This document shows positions 39,848-50,224 of a DNA stretch of 64,000 bases, one piece after another. The DNA comes from Dehalococcoidia bacterium (lineage in GTDB: Bacteria; Chloroflexota; Dehalococcoidia; UBA2979): contig CAXXDN010000001.1 in NCBI GenBank assembly GCA_963667465.2, positions 64,001 through 128,000 on the forward strand. The letters are read 5' to 3'. Position numbers and translations under genes: made by a program. The notes below the pieces were generated by a model. That model did no database searches, was not told the origin of the DNA, and saw only the letters and a program-made list of their open reading frames with translations. Numbering within the stretch: position 1 is the first letter of the stretch; every line of letters starts with the position of its first letter.

Positions 39848-40630
39848 TCAGATCCTCACTCGCGTGCCGGGGACCTCCCCGGAGGCGATCCGTTCCAGTG
39901 TATGCGGAAGGCGGCCATTGGCCACGTGCGCTACGACGCCGCGCTCCGCTGCACGCAAGGCGGCATCGATCTTCGGGATCATACCACCCTCCAGGACGCC
40001 TTCCTCGCGCAGTGCCGCCGCACCCGCGGCGTCCACTTCCTCGAGCAGCGCGCCGTGGCCGTCGAGCACCCCGTCGACGTCGGTGAGGAAGACCAGGCTG
40101 CCCGCACCGGCGGCGCGCGCGATCTCCCCGGCGACCGTGTCGGCGTTGATGTTCAGCGGCTGTCCCGGCGGCTCCAGCCCGATCGGCGCGATCACCGGCG
40201 TCGCGTCGCCCTCGAGGAGCGCGGCGAGCGCCGCGCCGTCGATGCCCGTTACCTCACCGACGAAGCCCAGGCGCTCGTCGTTGCGACGCGCCCGGACCAG
40301 GCCGCCGTCGACGCCGGAGACGCCGGTGGCGCGGCCGCCGAGCCGCTCGATCGCGGCGACGAAGCGCGTGTTGACCACTCCGCGCAGCACGCCGATCACC
40401 ACGTCCAGCGCCTCCTCGCTCGTCGATCGCAGGCCGTCGATGAACACCGAGGGCACTTCGAGCCGGTCGAGCCAGTCCGTGATCATCGCGCCGCCGCCGT
40501 GCACGACGATGACGCGCTCGCCCCGCGCACGCAGGGCGACGACGTCCTCGAGCGTGGTGTCCTCGTCGCCGAGCGTGGAGCCGCCGATCTTGACGACGAT
40601 CGGACCCTGCCCGCTGCTGGCGGCGCTCAT
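39848..40630 (-). CDS. argB: Acetylglutamate kinase
   Basis: VVKIGGS, VHGGG, NINADT, LTDVDG and GGMIPK. Confidence 0.95.
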   Translation of the reverse strand: MSAASSGQGPIVVKIGGSTLGDEDTTLEDVVALRARGERVIVVHGGGAMITDWLDRLEVPSVFIDGLRSTSEEALDVVIGVLRGVVNTRFVAAIERLGGRATGVSGVDGGLVRARRNDERLGFVGEVTGIDGAALAALLEGDATPVIAPIGLEPPGQPLNINADTVAGEIARAAGAGSLVFLTDVDGVLDGHGALLEEVDAAGAAALREEGVLEGGMIPKIDAALRAAERGVVAHVANGRLPHTLERIASGEVPGTRVRI

Positions 40631-41859
40631 GTCGTGTAGTCCGCGTTGATGCGCACGTACTCCTCGGTCAGGTCGCAGCCCCACGCCGTGGCGCTCGCCT
40701 CGCCACAGCCGAGGTCGATGCGGATCCGCACCTCGTCACGGTCCATCGCCGCCGAGATGTCGGCCTCCGGCGTCGCGGTGGGCGCACCATTCTCGAAGGC
40801 GCAGAACTCGCCGATCCAGACCGCGGTGCGTTCGAGGTCGAGCGCCGCGCCGGAGCGTCCGGCAGCCATCAGCACGCGGCCCCAGTTCGGGTCGCGACCG
40901 GTGATCATCGTCTTGACGAGCGGCGAGGCGCTGATCGTGCGGGCCGCGATCCGCGCGTCCGCGTCCGAGGCCGCGCCCTCGGCCACCACCTCGATCAGCG
41001 TGCGCGCGCCCTCGCCGTCGCGTGCCAGCTCACGTGCGAGCCATACGGCGACGGCCTCGATGGCGCTCGCCAGCGGTGCGGCGGCCGGGTGACCGGCGTC
41101 GATCGGCTCGCCGCCGGCCGCGCCGTTCGCGAGGGCGATCACCATGTCCGAGGTGGAGGTGTCCATGTCCACGTCAATCATGTTGAAGGAGCGGTCGGTG
41201 ACCTCCCGCAGCGTGTCCTGCAGCCAGCCCCGCTCGACCGGCGCGTCCGTGGTGAGGAAGCCGAACATCGTCGCCATGTCCGGGTGGATCATGCCCGCGC
41301 CTTTGGCCGCGCCGCCGACGATGTAGGAGCGTCCGCCCGCCTCGACATGCAGCGCATGCTCCTTGGGGCGCGTGTCGGTGGTCATCATCGCGCGCGCGAA
41401 CTGCGCCCCGCCCTCGCGGCTCAGTTCGACAGCGGCGATGCCGGCCTCGATGCGGTCCATCGGCAGGCGGCGGCCGATCACGCCGGTGGAGGCGACGAGC
41501 ACGTCCGCGGCAGCGACGCCGAGCGCCGCCGCCGCCAGCTCCGCCATGCGCTCGGCGTCGGCCTCACCCGCCGCACCGGTGGCGACGTTCGAGTTGCCCG
41601 AGTTGACGACGAGCGCCCGCGCGGCGCCCCGGGCGACGCGCTCGCGTGTCAGCGTGACGGGCGCGCCGACGACGGCGTTGCGGGTGAAGAGCGCGGCGGC
41701 GGTCGCGGGCCGTTCCGAGAGCAGCAGCCCGAGGTCGAAGCGCGGCTCGGGTCCGTAGCTGCGGATGCCGGTGTAGGTGGCGCCGGCCGTCCACCCGGCG
41801 GGCGCGGTCAGGCCGCCCGGAAGCTCCTCCAGCTGCGGCTGAGAATCGATGTCTGCCAC
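40627..41859 (-). CDS. argJ: Bifunctional ornithine acetyltransferase/N-acetylglutamate synthase
   Basis: ASTGVIG, MTTDT, KGAGMIHPDMATM, DTSTSD, DGEGA and YVRINADYTT. Confidence 0.95.
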   Translation of the reverse strand: MADIDSQPQLEELPGGLTAPAGWTAGATYTGIRSYGPEPRFDLGLLLSERPATAAALFTRNAVVGAPVTLTRERVARGAARALVVNSGNSNVATGAAGEADAERMAELAAAALGVAAADVLVASTGVIGRRLPMDRIEAGIAAVELSREGGAQFARAMMTTDTRPKEHALHVEAGGRSYIVGGAAKGAGMIHPDMATMFGFLTTDAPVERGWLQDTLREVTDRSFNMIDVDMDTSTSDMVIALANGAAGGEPIDAGHPAAAPLASAIEAVAVWLARELARDGEGARTLIEVVAEGAASDADARIAARTISASPLVKTMITGRDPNWGRVLMAAGRSGAALDLERTAVWIGEFCAFENGAPTATPEADISAAMDRDEVRIRIDLGCGEASATAWGCDLTEEYVRINADYTT

Positions 41860-41938
41860 GCCCGGATCCCCCACATCGGTCCGATGGGCGAGTGTATCCG
41901 AGGCTTCGGCAGCGGGCGACAGAATCGACTGCTGGGCG

Positions 41939-42622
41939 CTACGCACCCTCGGCGGCGATCGGCGGCAGCCCAACGCGCGGGCAGCGCTCCAGCAGCAGGC
42001 AGCGCCCGCAGCCGGGCGAGCGCGCGTGGCAGGTGCGGCGGCCGTGCTGGATCAGGTCGACGTGGAACGCATACATCTCGTCCGGCTCGAGTTGCGCCTC
42101 CAGCTCGTCGTGCACCTTCACGACCGGCATGCGCGCCGGGGCGAGGCCGAGGCGCTTCGCGACGCGCTCGACGTGCGTGTCGACCGGCAGCGCGGGCCGC
42201 CCGAGGGCGAACAACAGCACGATCGCCGCCGTCTTCGGGCCGACGCCCGGCAGCGCGCGCAGCCACGCCTTCGCCTCCTCCAGCGGCATGGTCTCGAGGA
42301 AGCCCAGGTCGTAGCCAGGGGCCTGCTCACGCACCTCGGCGAGCAGCGCCTGGATGCGCGGCGCCTTCGTCGGCGCGAGGCCGCCCGGGCGGATCGCGTC
42401 CTCCACCTCCGAGGTCGGCGCGTCGATCACCTCGTCCCAACTCTCGAAGCGTTCGAGCAGGCGGTGGAAGGCGTGCCCGGAGTTGTGGTCGGAGGTGTTC
42501 TGCGAGAGCAGCGTCAGCACCAGCTCGGAGATCGCATCGTGGTGCGGACGCGCATCGACACGCCCGTACGCCTCGCCGAGGATCGCGATCAGCTCGGAGG
42601 GCCGCCATTGCACTCCAGCCAC
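41939..42622 (-). CDS. nth: Endonuclease III / HhH-GPD DNA glycosylase
   Basis: LSQNTSD, LPGVGPKTA, PVDTHV and CX6CX2CX5C Fe-S motif. Confidence 0.9.
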   Translation of the reverse strand: MAGVQWRPSELIAILGEAYGRVDARPHHDAISELVLTLLSQNTSDHNSGHAFHRLLERFESWDEVIDAPTSEVEDAIRPGGLAPTKAPRIQALLAEVREQAPGYDLGFLETMPLEEAKAWLRALPGVGPKTAAIVLLFALGRPALPVDTHVERVAKRLGLAPARMPVVKVHDELEAQLEPDEMYAFHVDLIQHGRRTCHARSPGCGRCLLLERCPRVGLPPIAAEGA

Positions 42623-42728
42623 CACGTCTCCTCCGAAGATCCAGCGCAGGCGGCCATCGTAGCGTGCGCGCCCGTCGTAGGATGGTCGCGCAGGCGCGAT
42701 CGCGCCGATGCGGGACGGAGGTCCGGGC

Positions 42729-43781
42729 GTGACTCGGGAGCAGATTCGGCTCACCGACCTCGCATCCTGCGGCGGCTGAGCGGGCAAGCTGGGTCTTTCG
42801 ACCCTGGCGCAGGTGCTGCGCCCGCTGCAGGAGACGTTCCCCGCCGACGAGCACCCGGAGCTGCTCGTCGGCCTTGCACGCCCCGATGACGCCGCGATCT
42901 ACCGGCTCAGCGGCGACCTCGCGGTGATCCAGACACTCGACTTCTTCCCACCGGTCGTCGACGACCCTTACGACTACGGCCGCATCGCCGCGGCGAACGC
43001 GATGTCCGACGTCTATGCGATGGGCGGCGAGGTGCGCCTCGCGCTCAACATCGCCGCCTTCCCGGACGACCTCGACCCCTCACTGCTGGCCGAGATCTTC
43101 CGGGGCGGCGCGGACGCGGTCGCCGAGGCCGGCGGCGTGATCGCCGGCGGCCACACGGTGATCGACGCGGAGCCGAAGTACGGGCTGTCCGTGATGGGCG
43201 TGATCCACCCGAACGCGGTGCTGCGCACGGGTGGCGCACAGCCCGGCGACGCGCTGCTGCTCACCAAGCCACTCGGCACCGCCATCGTGATGAGCGCCGC
43301 CGGGCAGCAGCGCGATGGCTTCGAGGAAGGCCTCGAGGCCGCGGTCGCCTCGATGATCCAGCTCAACCGCCACGCCGCGCACCTCGCGCGCGCCGCGGGC
43401 GTGCACGCGATGACGGACGTCACCGGCTTCGGGCTCGCCGGCCACGCCGCCGAGATCGCCTCGCAGAGCGACGTCACGCTCGCCCTCGACCTTGGCGCGC
43501 TGCCGCTGCTGCCCGGCGCGGAGCGCTTCGCCGAGCTCGGCGGCGCCACCGGCGGCGGCGCGCGCAACCGCGACGGCCTCGGCGATCGCGTGCGCCTCGA
43601 GGGCAACCCCCCGGACGCGATCGTCGATCTGCTGTACGACCCGCAGACCTCGGGCGGCCTGCTCATCGCGCTGCCCGAGGACGGCGCGGAGGCGCTGCGC
43701 CGCGAGATCGAGGCGCAGACCGGAGGCTGCTGGGTGATCGGGCGCGTCGAGGCCGGTCCGCCGCTGGTGGTAGCGCGATGA
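42729..43781 (+). CDS. selD: Selenophosphate synthetase, selenoprotein form (Sec17 at TGA 42777-42779)
   Basis: GTG start with GGAGG RBS gives MTREQIRLTDLASCGG-UGA-AGKL..., in frame with DDAA, TLDFF, AANAMSD, TDVTGFGL and DPQTSGGLL. Confidence 0.95.
42791..42804 (+). promoter_or_regulatory. Candidate SECIS hairpin
   Basis: GGGTC-TTTC-GACCC stem-loop separated from the UGA by 11 nt. Confidence 0.5.
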
Positions 43782-44494
43782 GCGCCCGCGCGCGCCTCGC
43801 GGCGCTCGCCGTCCTCGTGACGACCGCGCTGCTGCTCGTCGCCTGCCCGGGCGAGGAGGAGCCCGAGGCGACGCCGACGCCGACCGAGGCGTTGCCGGAC
43901 CTCGGCGAGCTGATGCGCGCCGCCGCCGATCGGATGGCGGGCGTCGAGAAGTTCCACTTCGTACTCGAACACGAGGACGGGACGAGCGAGATCGTGCAGG
44001 ACATCGAGATGGTGCGCGCCGAGGGCGACATCGCGGGCGAGGACCGGCTGCAGGCGGAGATCGACGGCCGTCTCGGTACGCTCGCATTCGAGACCGGCAT
44101 CGTGGTGCTTCCCGACCAGGGCTGGCTGCGCAATCCGCTCACCCAGCGCTGGCAGCGCGAGGAGATCACCGTCAGCGCCCTCTTCGACCCGCAGCAGGGC
44201 GCGGTCGCCCTGCTGCGCACGGCGACCGCGACCGGCCTCCGCGGACGCGAAGCCGTCCGCGGCGCCGACTGCCGGGTCATCGAGGCGACCACCGACTCCG
44301 GGGAGCTGGTGTTCTTCCGGGGCGTCGAGGCGGGGTTCGCGGTCAAGGCGACGATCTGGATCGGCGTCAACGACCCGCTGGTGCACCGCATCGAGCTGCG
44401 CGGGCCGATCAGCTCCAGCGAGCTCGAGACGATCGTGCGGCGTCTCGACCTCAGCAACTTCGATCAGGACGTGGACATTGTCTCTCCGCGCTGA
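43778..44494 (+). CDS. LppX/LprAFG-like lipoprotein
   Basis: Signal peptide with LVAC lipobox; beta-rich body (KFHFVL, LFDPQQG, ATIWIG, LSNFDQDVDI); ATGA overlap with selD. Confidence 0.75.
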   Translation: MSARARLAALAVLVTTALLLVACPGEEEPEATPTPTEALPDLGELMRAAADRMAGVEKFHFVLEHEDGTSEIVQDIEMVRAEGDIAGEDRLQAEIDGRLGTLAFETGIVVLPDQGWLRNPLTQRWQREEITVSALFDPQQGAVALLRTATATGLRGREAVRGADCRVIEATTDSGELVFFRGVEAGFAVKATIWIGVNDPLVHRIELRGPISSSELETIVRRLDLSNFDQDVDIVSPR

Positions 44495-45965
44495 GGCGCA
44501 GGACGGCCCTCGGACGGAGCGCGACCGGCGAGGAACCTGGCTGCTGATCGCGGTCGCGGGCGGCGTCTTCATCGCCGCCGACGACCAGACCGCAGTGGTC
44601 ACGGTGCTACCCGCGCTGATCGGCGACATCGGCCTCACCGTCGACGACCTCTACCTCGCCTCGTGGGTCGTCAACGGTTACCTGATCGGCTACATCGCCG
44701 CGCTGCCCATCGTCGGACGCATCGCCGACGTGTACGGCCGAGCGCGCGTGTACGCCGCCTCGCTGGTCGTGTTCATGGTGGGCAGCGCGCTCGTCGCCGC
44801 CGCGCCCGGCTTCGAGTGGCTCGTCGTCTCCAGGGCGTTGCAGGCCGTGGGCGGCGGTGCGGTCGTGCCCGTCGCGATGGCGATCGTCATCACCGAGCTG
44901 CCGCCCGGGCGGCGCCTGCTCGGCCTCGGCGCGATCGCTGCCGCCTCGGAGGCGGGGGCGCTCGTCGGCCCGCTCTGGGGCGGCGCGATCACGGAGCTGA
45001 TGGGCTGGCGCTGGGTGTTCTGGTGGAACCTCCCGCTCTCGCTGCCCTTCATGTACGGCGCCTGGCGGTGGGCCGGACGGGAGCGCGAGGGCGGCGCGAT
45101 CGACTGGCCCGGCGCGGCGCTGCTCGCCCTCGGGCTGGCGCTGCTCACGATCACCCTCGCCGACGATCCGGTCGCGCGCCGCCCCTGGCCGCTCACCCTG
45201 CTGCTGTGCGCGCTCGTCGCCGCACTGGGCGTCGCCTTTGTCGTCCGCCAGCGCCTCGCACCGGAGCCGATGCTGCGGCTGGCGATGTTCCGGCCGCGCG
45301 CGGCCTGGGCCTCCAACGCCGCGACGCTGCTGCTCGGCGCGGGGCTGATCACGATGCTGATCAGCGTCCCGCTGTTCGTGAACCTCGTGCTGGTGGAGAG
45401 CCCGATCGAGGGCGGCCTGACGCTGCTGCGCTTCACGATCGCCGTGCCGGCCGGCGCGCTCGCCGGCGGCTGGCTGGCGGGCCGGATCGGCCTGCGCGCG
45501 ACGGCGACGGCCGGGTTCTGGCTTGGCGCGGCGGGCTTCGCCGGCCTGCTCGCCTGGGATCGCGAGCTCAGCGAGGTCTGGCGCAGCCTCCCGCAGATCG
45601 CCGGCGGCTTCGGCTTCGGCCTCCTCATCGCCCCGCTCAGCGCCGCCGTCCTCGCCCAGGTCCGCGAGGGCGAGCGCGCCACGGCGGCCTCCTGGCTCAC
45701 GCTCAGCCGCGTCGCCGGGATGCTCGTCGGCGCTGCGCTGCTGACCTCGAACGGCCTCGGTCGCTTCTACGCGCGAGCGGGCGCGATCGAGTTCGGATCG
45801 CCGGAGTTCACGGCGCTGGTCGCCGAGGCGCAGGTCACGACCTTCCACGAGGTCTGGGCCGTCGCCGCGATCGTCATGGTCGCCGGCGGCGTCCTCACCT
45901 GGCTGATCGGCCGCCGCCCCCGCGAGGCGGAGGAGACGCTGACTTCGTGGTGGGAGGCGCACTGA
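44478..45965 (+). CDS. DHA2-type 14-TM MFS transporter (P55-like)
   Basis: DQTAVVTVLP, GRIADVYGR, RALQAVGGG and WRWVFWWNLP. Confidence 0.88.
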   Translation: MSLRAEAQDGPRTERDRRGTWLLIAVAGGVFIAADDQTAVVTVLPALIGDIGLTVDDLYLASWVVNGYLIGYIAALPIVGRIADVYGRARVYAASLVVFMVGSALVAAAPGFEWLVVSRALQAVGGGAVVPVAMAIVITELPPGRRLLGLGAIAAASEAGALVGPLWGGAITELMGWRWVFWWNLPLSLPFMYGAWRWAGREREGGAIDWPGAALLALGLALLTITLADDPVARRPWPLTLLLCALVAALGVAFVVRQRLAPEPMLRLAMFRPRAAWASNAATLLLGAGLITMLISVPLFVNLVLVESPIEGGLTLLRFTIAVPAGALAGGWLAGRIGLRATATAGFWLGAAGFAGLLAWDRELSEVWRSLPQIAGGFGFGLLIAPLSAAVLAQVREGERATAASWLTLSRVAGMLVGAALLTSNGLGRFYARAGAIEFGSPEFTALVAEAQVTTFHEVWAVAAIVMVAGGVLTWLIGRRPREAEETLTSWWEAH

Positions 45966-45998
45966 GGCCGGGGCGACCCCACCACTCCGCAGACGCAA

Positions 45999-46025
45999 CG
46001 AGGGGCCGGCAATGCCGGCCCCTCG
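45999..46025. terminator. GC-rich hairpin between convergent MFS and groEL
   Basis: cgaggggccggc-aat-gccggcccctcg perfect inverted repeat. Confidence 0.75.
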
Positions 46026-46049
46026 GGGTACTCGAACCCTGAGTTGGGG

Positions 46050-47672
46050 CTAGTACATGCTCGCGGCGGCGGCGGCAGCCGCAGCAGCGCCTGCGTCGTC
46101 GCCCTCGGGCTTGTCGGTGACCAGGCAGTTGGTGGTCAGCACCATGCCGGCGATCGAGACGGCGTTCTCGAGTGCGGCCTTGGTGACCTTGGCCGGGTCG
46201 ATGATGCCGGCCGCGACCATGTCGCCGTAGTCGCCGGTCGCGGCGTCGTAGCCCTCGCCCTTGGTCAGGCCCTGGACCTCACGCACGATCACCGAGCCGT
46301 CGGCCCCCGCGTTCGCGGCGATGCGCCGCATCGGCTCCTCGAGGGCGCGGCGCAGGATGCGCACGCCGGTCGCCTCGTCGCTCTCCAGCTGGACGTCGTC
46401 GAGCACGGGGAGCGCGTTGAGGAAGGCGACTCCGCCGCCGGGGACCATGCCCTCCTCGACGGCCGCGCGGGTCGCCGAGAGCGCGTCCTCGACGCGGTGC
46501 TTCTTCTCGGTCAGCTCGACCTCGGTGGCCGCGCCGACCTTGATGACGGCCACGGAGCCGGCGAGCTTGCCGAGGCGCTCCTGCAGCTTCTCGCGGTCCC
46601 AGTCGCTGGTCGCGCGGTCGAGCGCGGCCTTGACCATCGAGATGCGGTCCGTGATGCCCTCGCTGGTGCCGTGGCCCTCGATGATCGTCGTCTCCTCCTT
46701 GGTGGAGACGATGCGGCGGGCCTTGCCGAGGTCCTCCGGGGTGGCCGACTCGAGCGAGCGGCCGACCTCGGGGCTGATCAGCGTTGCGCCGGTGATCGAG
46801 GCGATGTCGCCGAGGTTGTCCTTGCGGCGGTCGCCGAAGCCGGGCGCCTTGACGGCGATCACGTTGAGCGTGCCGCGCAGGCGGTTCACCGCGAGCGTGG
46901 CCAGCGCCTCACCCTCGATGTCTTCGGCGATGACGACGAGGTCCTTGGAGACCTGGAGCTGCTTCTCGAGCAGCGGCAGGATGTCGTTGACGGAGGCGAG
47001 CTTCTGGTCCGTGATCAGGATCGCCGGCTCGTCGACGACGGCCTCCATGCGGTCCGGGTCGGTCACGAAGTAGGGCGAGATGTAGCCACGGTCGAAGGCC
47101 ATGCCCTCGACGTACTCGATCTCGGTCTGGATGCCCTTGGACTCCTCGACGGTGATGACGCCGTCCTTGCCGGCAGCCTCCATCACGTCGCCGATCAGGT
47201 CGCCGATCTCCGTGGAGGCGGCCGAGATCGCCGCCACCTGCGCCATCTGGTCGCGCGTGGTGACCGGCGTGGAGTTCTTGCCGATCTGGTCGACGATGGC
47301 GCGCGAGCCGGCCTCGATGCCGCGCTTCAGCGCCATCGGGTCCGCGCCGGCGGCCACGTTCTTGAGGCCCTCGTGCACGATCGCCTGGCCGAGGACGGTG
47401 GCCGTGGTGGTGCCGTCGCCGGCGATGTCGTTCGTCTTGGAGGCGATCTCCTTGGCGAGCTGCGCGCCGATGTTCTGGAACTCGTCCGCCAGCTCGATCT
47501 CCTTGGCGATCGTGACGCCGTCGTTGGTGATCGTCGGCGGGCCGAACTTCTTGTCCAGCACCACGTTGCGGCCGCGCGGCCCCAGCGTGATCCGTACGGC
47601 GTCGGCCAGCTGGTCGATGCCGCCGCGCAGCGCCCCGCGGGCCTGCTCGTCAAACAGTAGTTGCTTCGCCAT
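46050..47672 (-). CDS. groL: Chaperonin GroEL
   Basis: [29 protein letters not shown] and [10 protein letters not shown]. Confidence 0.98.
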   Translation of the reverse strand: MAKQLLFDEQARGALRGGIDQLADAVRITLGPRGRNVVLDKKFGPPTITNDGVTIAKEIELADEFQNIGAQLAKEIASKTNDIAGDGTTTATVLGQAIVHEGLKNVAAGADPMALKRGIEAGSRAIVDQIGKNSTPVTTRDQMAQVAAISAASTEIGDLIGDVMEAAGKDGVITVEESKGIQTEIEYVEGMAFDRGYISPYFVTDPDRMEAVVDEPAILITDQKLASVNDILPLLEKQLQVSKDLVVIAEDIEGEALATLAVNRLRGTLNVIAVKAPGFGDRRKDNLGDIASITGATLISPEVGRSLESATPEDLGKARRIVSTKEETTIIEGHGTSEGITDRISMVKAALDRATSDWDREKLQERLGKLAGSVAVIKVGAATEVELTEKKHRVEDALSATRAAVEEGMVPGGGVAFLNALPVLDDVQLESDEATGVRILRRALEEPMRRIAANAGADGSVIVREVQGLTKGEGYDAATGDYGDMVAAGIIDPAKVTKAALENAVSIAGMVLTTNCLVTDKPEGDDAGAAAAAAAAASMY

Positions 47673-47778
47673 GCGTGTCCACTCCCTCTCGTTCGCGTCG
47701 CCGAGGGCCGTCCAGCATCGTCGCGGGCCGCCCTCCGAACCGTACGACGTTCGTGCTCCATCACACTTTGCGCAGTTG

Positions 47779-47805
47779 TTAGCACTCTCACCTGTCGAGT
47801 GCTAA
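47779..47805. promoter_or_regulatory. CIRCE (HrcA operator)
   Basis: Perfect TTAGCACTC-N9-GAGTGCTAA upstream of groEL. Confidence 0.97.
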
Positions 47806-47839
47806 TCGTTTGTACCCAATCCCGACGCACTGCGCAAGT

Positions 47840-47862
47840 GCCACCACCGAAACGGTGGTGGC
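47840..47862 (-). terminator. Hairpin downstream of nuoB
   Basis: gccaccaccg-aaa-cggtggtggc inverted repeat. Confidence 0.55.
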
Positions 47863-47895
47863 GAGCCAGAGGTCCTGCGGTCGAAGAGGCGCGCG

Positions 47896-48591
47896 CTAGC
47901 GCTGCAGCAACGGCACCCCGCCGGAGCGGCGCTCCGGGTCCTCGAGGCCCGGGTAGGGCGGGAACAGCGACTCCAGCTCGCGCCGGATCGGGTCGCCCTC
48001 GGGCAGGTAGGGCGAGAAGTCGCCGTCAGGCTGGAGGCGGTCGCGGCGGCCTTCGATGCCGAAGGCGTTGATCTTGTCCTGCAGCATCATCAGGCCCTGC
48101 AGCAGGGACTCCGGCCGCGGCGGACAGCCGGGCACGTAGACGTCCACGGGGCAGACGAGGTTGACGCCGGGCAGCACCGAGTACCCGTAGGCGAACGGGC
48201 CGCCCATGATCGCGCAGCCGCCCATCGAGATGACCCACTTCGGCTCGGCCATCTGCAGGTAGACCCGCCGCACCGCCGGCGCCATCTTCCAGGTCACCGT
48301 GCCGGCCACGATCATCAGGTCCGCCTGCCGCGGCGAGGCGCGGAACACCTCGGACCCGAAGCGCGCGATGTCGTAGCGCGAGGTCGCCGTCGCGATCATC
48401 TCGATCGCGCAGCAGGCCAGCCCGAACATCGCCGGCCACAACGAGGATGCGCGCGCCCAGTTCAGCATCCCGTCCACCGAGGACAGGAGCACGTTCTTGC
48501 GCACCTCTTCCTCGAGGTCGAGCGGGGCCATGTCGCGCGCCTGGTCGAAGAGCGCGAGGCGCTGCCGGGTATCGCCGTCCGTGGTCACCAC
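47896..48591 (-). CDS. nuoB: NADH-quinone oxidoreductase subunit B
   Basis: [28 protein letters not shown] and [13 protein letters not shown]. Confidence 0.95.
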   Translation of the reverse strand: MVTTDGDTRQRLALFDQARDMAPLDLEEEVRKNVLLSSVDGMLNWARASSLWPAMFGLACCAIEMIATATSRYDIARFGSEVFRASPRQADLMIVAGTVTWKMAPAVRRVYLQMAEPKWVISMGGCAIMGGPFAYGYSVLPGVNLVCPVDVYVPGCPPRPESLLQGLMMLQDKINAFGIEGRRDRLQPDGDFSPYLPEGDPIRRELESLFPPYPGLEDPERRSGGVPLLQR

Positions 48592-48679
48592 CGGGAACTC
48601 CCGCCTTCGCGCGGCGATCGTAGCGGAGGGGCGGTGGGGCGGCAAACGACGCCCGCGCCGTGTGGGCCTCGAACTCCCA

Positions 48680-49903
48680 CTACGCCGCGCCGGCCAGCCA
48701 CGGCCGCCAGTCCGGCGGCGGCTCCGTAGCCGGGACCGGCGAGAGCGCGCGCAGCCGCTCGACGGCGCCCGGCAGCACCTCGAGCAGGCGGTCGACGTCC
48801 TCGTCCGTGTTGTCGCGTCCGAGGGTGAAGCGCAGCGAGCCGCGCGCCAGCTCCGCCGGCAGGCCCATCGCCACCAGCACGTGGCTCGGCTCCACCGACC
48901 CGGTCGTGCAGGCCGAGCCCGAGGAGGCCGCGATGCCCGCGAGGTCGAGCGCGAGCAGGATCGACTCGCCCTCGACGAAGGCGACGACGACCGAGACGTT
49001 GCCCGGCAGCCGCTCGTCGAGGTCGCGCGGCCCGGTCACGCCGAGCATCGGCACGCGCCTCGGCAGCTCCTCGATCAGCCGCTGCTGCAGCGCGCGCTCG
49101 TGCGCGAGGTCGTCCTCGCGGCGCGCCTGCGCGATGGCGGCGGCGCGGGCGAGGCCGGCGATCGCCGGCGTGTTCTCGGTCCCGGCGCGCCGCCCCTGCT
49201 CCTGGCCGCCGCCAAGGATCTGCGGCGTCACCGGCGAACCCGCGCGCTGGTAGAGCACCCCTGCGCCACGAGGTCCGTAGAGCTTGTGCGCCGTCGCCGT
49301 CAGCAGGTCGACGCCGAGCCGCCCGGCGTGGACGCCGAGGTGCGCCGCCGACTGCACGGCGTCCGTATGCACCAGCGTGCGCGGGTTGCGCGCGTGGACG
49401 CGGCGGCTGATCCCGGCGATGTCGTTGAGCGCGCCGACCTCGTTGTTGGCGTGCATCACGGAGACGAGCGCCGTGTCGTCGCGCACGGCCGCCTCGACCT
49501 CGGCGGGGTCGGCGCGGCCCTCGGCGTCGACGCCGACGATCGTCAGCTCCGCGCCCTCGCGTTCGAGTTGCTCGGCGGTGTCGAGCACGGCGTGGTGCTC
49601 GACGGCGGTGGTGACGAGGTGCCGCCGCCCGCGCGCCGCTCCCAGCGCCCCGCGCAGCGCGAGGCTGTTCGACTCCGACCCCCCCGAGGTGAAGACGATC
49701 TCCCCCGGCGTCGCCCCCAGCCAGGCCGCGACGGTCGCCCGCGCCTCATCGAGCGCCTGCTGCGTCCGCTGCGCCTCGACATAGATGGAAGACGGGTTGT
49801 GCCAGCGCTCCTCGAACCACGGCCGCATCGCCTCGACCACAGCCGGGTCGGGCGGCGTGGTGGCGGCGTGATCCAGGTAGACGCGTCGCACGGCTGAGGT
49901 CAT
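48680..49903 (-). CDS. iscS: Cysteine desulfurase (IscS/NifS type)
   Basis: [21 protein letters not shown] and SSGSACT. Confidence 0.93.
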   Translation of the reverse strand: MTSAVRRVYLDHAATTPPDPAVVEAMRPWFEERWHNPSSIYVEAQRTQQALDEARATVAAWLGATPGEIVFTSGGSESNSLALRGALGAARGRRHLVTTAVEHHAVLDTAEQLEREGAELTIVGVDAEGRADPAEVEAAVRDDTALVSVMHANNEVGALNDIAGISRRVHARNPRTLVHTDAVQSAAHLGVHAGRLGVDLLTATAHKLYGPRGAGVLYQRAGSPVTPQILGGGQEQGRRAGTENTPAIAGLARAAAIAQARREDDLAHERALQQRLIEELPRRVPMLGVTGPRDLDERLPGNVSVVVAFVEGESILLALDLAGIAASSGSACTTGSVEPSHVLVAMGLPAELARGSLRFTLGRDNTDEDVDRLLEVLPGAVERLRALSPVPATEPPPDWRPWLAGAA

Positions 49904-49948
49904 CGCTACCAGAATACCCGCCCGCGGTCCGCCGGGTCCGCTCCTCCG

Positions 49949-49988
49949 CCCCCCTCGCCCCTCGCGGGAGCGGGCGAGGGTGAGGGGG
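49949..49988. repeat. REP-like element at the left edge of the islet
   Basis: cccctcgcgggagcgggcgagggtgaggggg, the reverse orientation of the 56633 unit. Confidence 0.6.
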
Positions 49989-50008
49989 ACGCGCCGCTCC
50001 GGCGCGGG

Positions 50009-50224
50009 TCAGGCGGGGCGAGCGGCGGGCTTGCGTTCGAGAGCAGCCCGCAGCCGCTCGATGTCGAGCTTCTGCGAGGCCCACTCGACCTCGATGCCGA
50101 CGACGTGCTCATCCGCGTCGAGGTCGACGACGATCCCATCGCACAACTCGAACGACTCGAGGCTGGGCCGGTCCTCGAACTCGATGTACAGCATGTCCGT
50201 CTCGGGGTCGTGGCTTACCTTCAC
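50009..50224 (-). CDS. DUF2283-like putative antitoxin
   Basis: MKVSHDPETDMLYIEF...IVVDLDADEHVVGIEV..AS. Confidence 0.85.
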   Translation of the reverse strand: MKVSHDPETDMLYIEFEDRPSLESFELCDGIVVDLDADEHVVGIEVEWASQKLDIERLRAALERKPAARPA

